64,000 bases of DNA, from NCBI GenBank assembly GCA_977016875.1, contig CDRNST010000382.1:868001-932000 (forward strand). The letters run 5' to 3'. This document shows positions 60,886-64,000 of this stretch, in pieces. Origin of the DNA: Pavona decussata. Its lineage: Eukaryota. The position numbers were made by a program, and so were the translations under genes. Each line of letters begins with the position of its first letter. The stretch's first letter is position 1. The notes beneath the pieces were generated by a model. That model was not told the DNA's origin. It did not search any database and saw only the letters and a list, made by a program, of their open reading frames with translations.

Positions 60886-63800
60886 GTGTGTATTATTGAC
60901 AAACTTCTCCAGGTCTCTCTTGACAAGCTCTAGATTACCACTGGTGTTGTTTCGGTCTTCCGTACCCTACATCCTACTTATTTGTATCATAAGATATTTT
61001 TAATTCGTACTTCTTTTCTTCGCTGTCCTTGATAACCATGTCAGACTCTACATCAGCTTAATCCAGCGAAACTTGTCCACAGTTATTGGTGTAATATTTT
61101 ACCTCCTTTATCTACTTTGCAATTATTTACGTCAGTTACGAAAACAGTTGTGTTTTAGTGTTCATGGTAAAATGCTGACCTCCGGAAGTTGTTGCCAATA
61201 TCAGTGGGTTAATTAGGACCGTAAAAGTTTTGTCACAATATTAATTGAGATACTTGCTTTGTTATTTAAATTATAATTGGATTAATTAAAGACAGAAGCG
61301 CCAAAGCGAAAACTTTATAGCTTAAACCGTACATGTGCATCAGTAGGATTTGATGCTATAAACGGGTTCACTCCACGTTTTCTGTTCTGAGCAGGTGATT
61401 ATTCTGTAGCATGTACTTTTACAAAATTGTCAGTAAAATGGAAGCACTTTTGAGTGCTCTTCACACTAGATCTAGAAAGTAACACGATTGTAATTATCAC
61501 ATACACTTTAATCCTTTAAGTGATTTTTAATTGTATTCCGGAAAAACAGTGTTAAATCAGATAGCCCATAGACGATGCGTAGACTAAGAGACTGGACTTT
61601 CAATGACGAAGGATTATGTCGTTTGTTTTTAATCGAGAGAAGTTAATAGTTGAAAACTAAAGTAGCATTCACCCATGAGTAGTTTGTGCTTTTGTCATGA
61701 AGGTGGTATTGCATACAGGGAATCTCAGCTCTTTCTTAGTTTTAATTGATACGAGTAGGAGTGATAGGTTGATCAATCGGTACTTGGTACTGACCTGCTA
61801 TCTACTGAGTGATCGATTATTCTGTAATTATCTTTTCCATCACCATTGCAGACATAACATTATCACAGCGAGGCACAACAGTACAACAGACGACCGCCCT
61901 CCTGTGTGTTAATACTCCTGAGCCTTCATACAACCAATAGGTAACTAATCAGACCACATGTCATTTCTTGGAGAGAAGCTGAAGTTCGTTTACCTGGTCT
62001 TAACAAGTATTTCTTTGTTTGGAGGTAAGTTACTCGTTTAAACAAAAGTTGATTGCGATTAGCTGTATCTATACAGTAGCAACTGGCACTATATTACAAA
62101 AAGTGTTTTCAACAGCTCCATCAAAAATTATATAAATAACAACTGCAAGGAATATTCGAACTAAGTGAATCGGTCATATTTTCACATAGGATCACCGTAA
62201 TAATCTGTTCTATGAAAGGAACAAAGTGTAAACGTGTAAAAGCAATATATAACCGGCGTTCTATGTGAAAATATGGTTCGCCGGCGAGGACTCGAATCTT
62301 GGTCTCCTGCATTCAATAAAACCTGGTACGTATATTTCTTCCCCTATTCGTTGAACGTGAAAAGTATAAAGGATCCTCTTGGAAGAGCTTTTTTTTTTTG
62401 CTAACTGTGGTTAAGCCATATTGTTTGCAACTGAGCGATGTTTGGTCTAATGCCCTCCTCTGGGTAATCAGTATACTGCAGCTTAACTTGCAAAATGGCT
62501 ACAATTGCGAAACTTAACTGATACAACCCCATTTGGTGATTAACAAGCAATGTGATTATGGCCCTAAAATCACTACTTTTAACCATAGGCGATAACTTTT
62601 CTCGTGCTTGGAAGTTAAGCTGATTTTAGCTCATGAGCCAAATGAGGAATTTGGGAGAGTTTGAGGTTGTCAATACTCTACGGCTTATATAGAAACAAAA
62701 CACTTTATTCCATACAGGAACGACTTGATTAACTCAGGAAAAACGCACTTGAGATAATTAAGAAATTTCGATAGAACCGGAAAATTCTTAATTAAGTTAT
62801 TAAATGTCATTGATAGATTAAGTTATCTTAAGTGGGACGTTTGGAAATAATTTATGAAAATATTTTTGATATATTTTCAATCACTAGTTTTATGACATAA
62901 GGAAATTTGTGCCTTGTTGCCTGTGAGTTCATAGACAACAAGACATTGTGGAATAACGGTTTTTATTGTAATACACTCAACGTCAGGATGGAATACGAAT
63001 TGCCCCGAGGAAAAAAAACATAAAAGAAGCAAATAAATAATTTCCATTTTTTCTTTGGAAAACGGGCACTTGCCAAGTAAGGTAGCGATGATATATTGCG
63101 TCATACAGGTTGGGAAGGAACCAATCAGATTTCTGAAAACCATGCAACAGTGATCCCATGGAAAGCCTAATACAATACGAGCTGTCTTCGAATTCCAAGC
63201 ATTTTTGAGTAAAAATATTCCTTTAGATTTCCTTTGTATTTACCGCTATAATTCTGTGATATTTCAAAGTTATTCAAACATTTCTTGCCTTTAAAATGAG
63301 TGATGTTTCGAATGCAACTTTTCAATGAAATATTGACTGAAAAATACTCTGTGAAAATAGGTAATTGATTTCATTTTTGACATGCATTTGAATCCACCGT
63401 CAAATAAGTAATGATCGGTAATTTGATTTGTGCGAAGCAGTTGAAAATGATTAAGGCAATAATACCGTTTGAAAAAAATCATTATAACCACGCAGGCCAA
63501 GTACCGTACTCAATCACCGCAAGAAAGTGACCGAAGATTACTCTGAATAAGCAGAGCTGCCTCTGGTTTCCAAGAACACTATAGCTATATATGTAGCCTT
63601 ATTTCGCTACTTAAAACGACACATTTGACCTTCTGACGCAATAGAAATTAGTTTTTCAACATGACGAAAGTTGAGGGAAATTGCACTAAAGAAAACGAAA
63701 GTTTATCTTCACACTGACTTTAATTCGAATTTCTAAGGCAACGAGTGAAGGCCTTTGGAGCAGATATTCCATCAAATCGAACCATTGGGGCCCCCTGAAA

Positions 63801-64000
63801 ATCAGAAGCTGTACATCAGTGATCAAGTATACGTGCACTGCATGGTTTTCTATTGCTACTCAGTAGAACTTTCACCTTTATTTCAACAGTAGTTCGTTTT
63901 ACTTTAACTAAATGAATGCTAATAACATATCATTCTCAAGGTTATTTTCGTTTTGACTCAAAATAAACTCTGAAATATACATCGTCCATTTTAAATATTT

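Overview
Animal genomic DNA with three N gaps; the repeat families and gene style suggest an anthozoan, probably a stony coral (inference). There are three intact protein-coding genes. (1) ZRANB3 on the minus strand, reconstructed by hand as 21 GT-AG coding exons (26057 to 1162, about 1947 aa). It has the SNF2 ATPase, PIP box, SRD, HNH and C-terminal PCNA motif, plus a 3050-nt exon carrying two NZF ubiquitin-binding fingers. (2) Head-to-head with it, an uninterrupted 576-aa cGAS-like receptor (cGLR, Mab21-family nucleotidyltransferase). Its catalytic triad is intact, but it has no zinc thumb, is acidic, and has an unexplained C-terminal extension of about 155 aa; this is the best candidate for new biology. 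(3) A single-coding-exon orphan class A GPCR with D2.50 and P7.50 substituted. The rest is MITEs, tRNA-derived repeats, and LINE, R4-like, Penelope and Crypton remnants. The apparently empty 44-58 kb region contains an old collinear duplication of a promoter- and exon-like non-coding unit. Coordinates were read by eye and no database searches were run.
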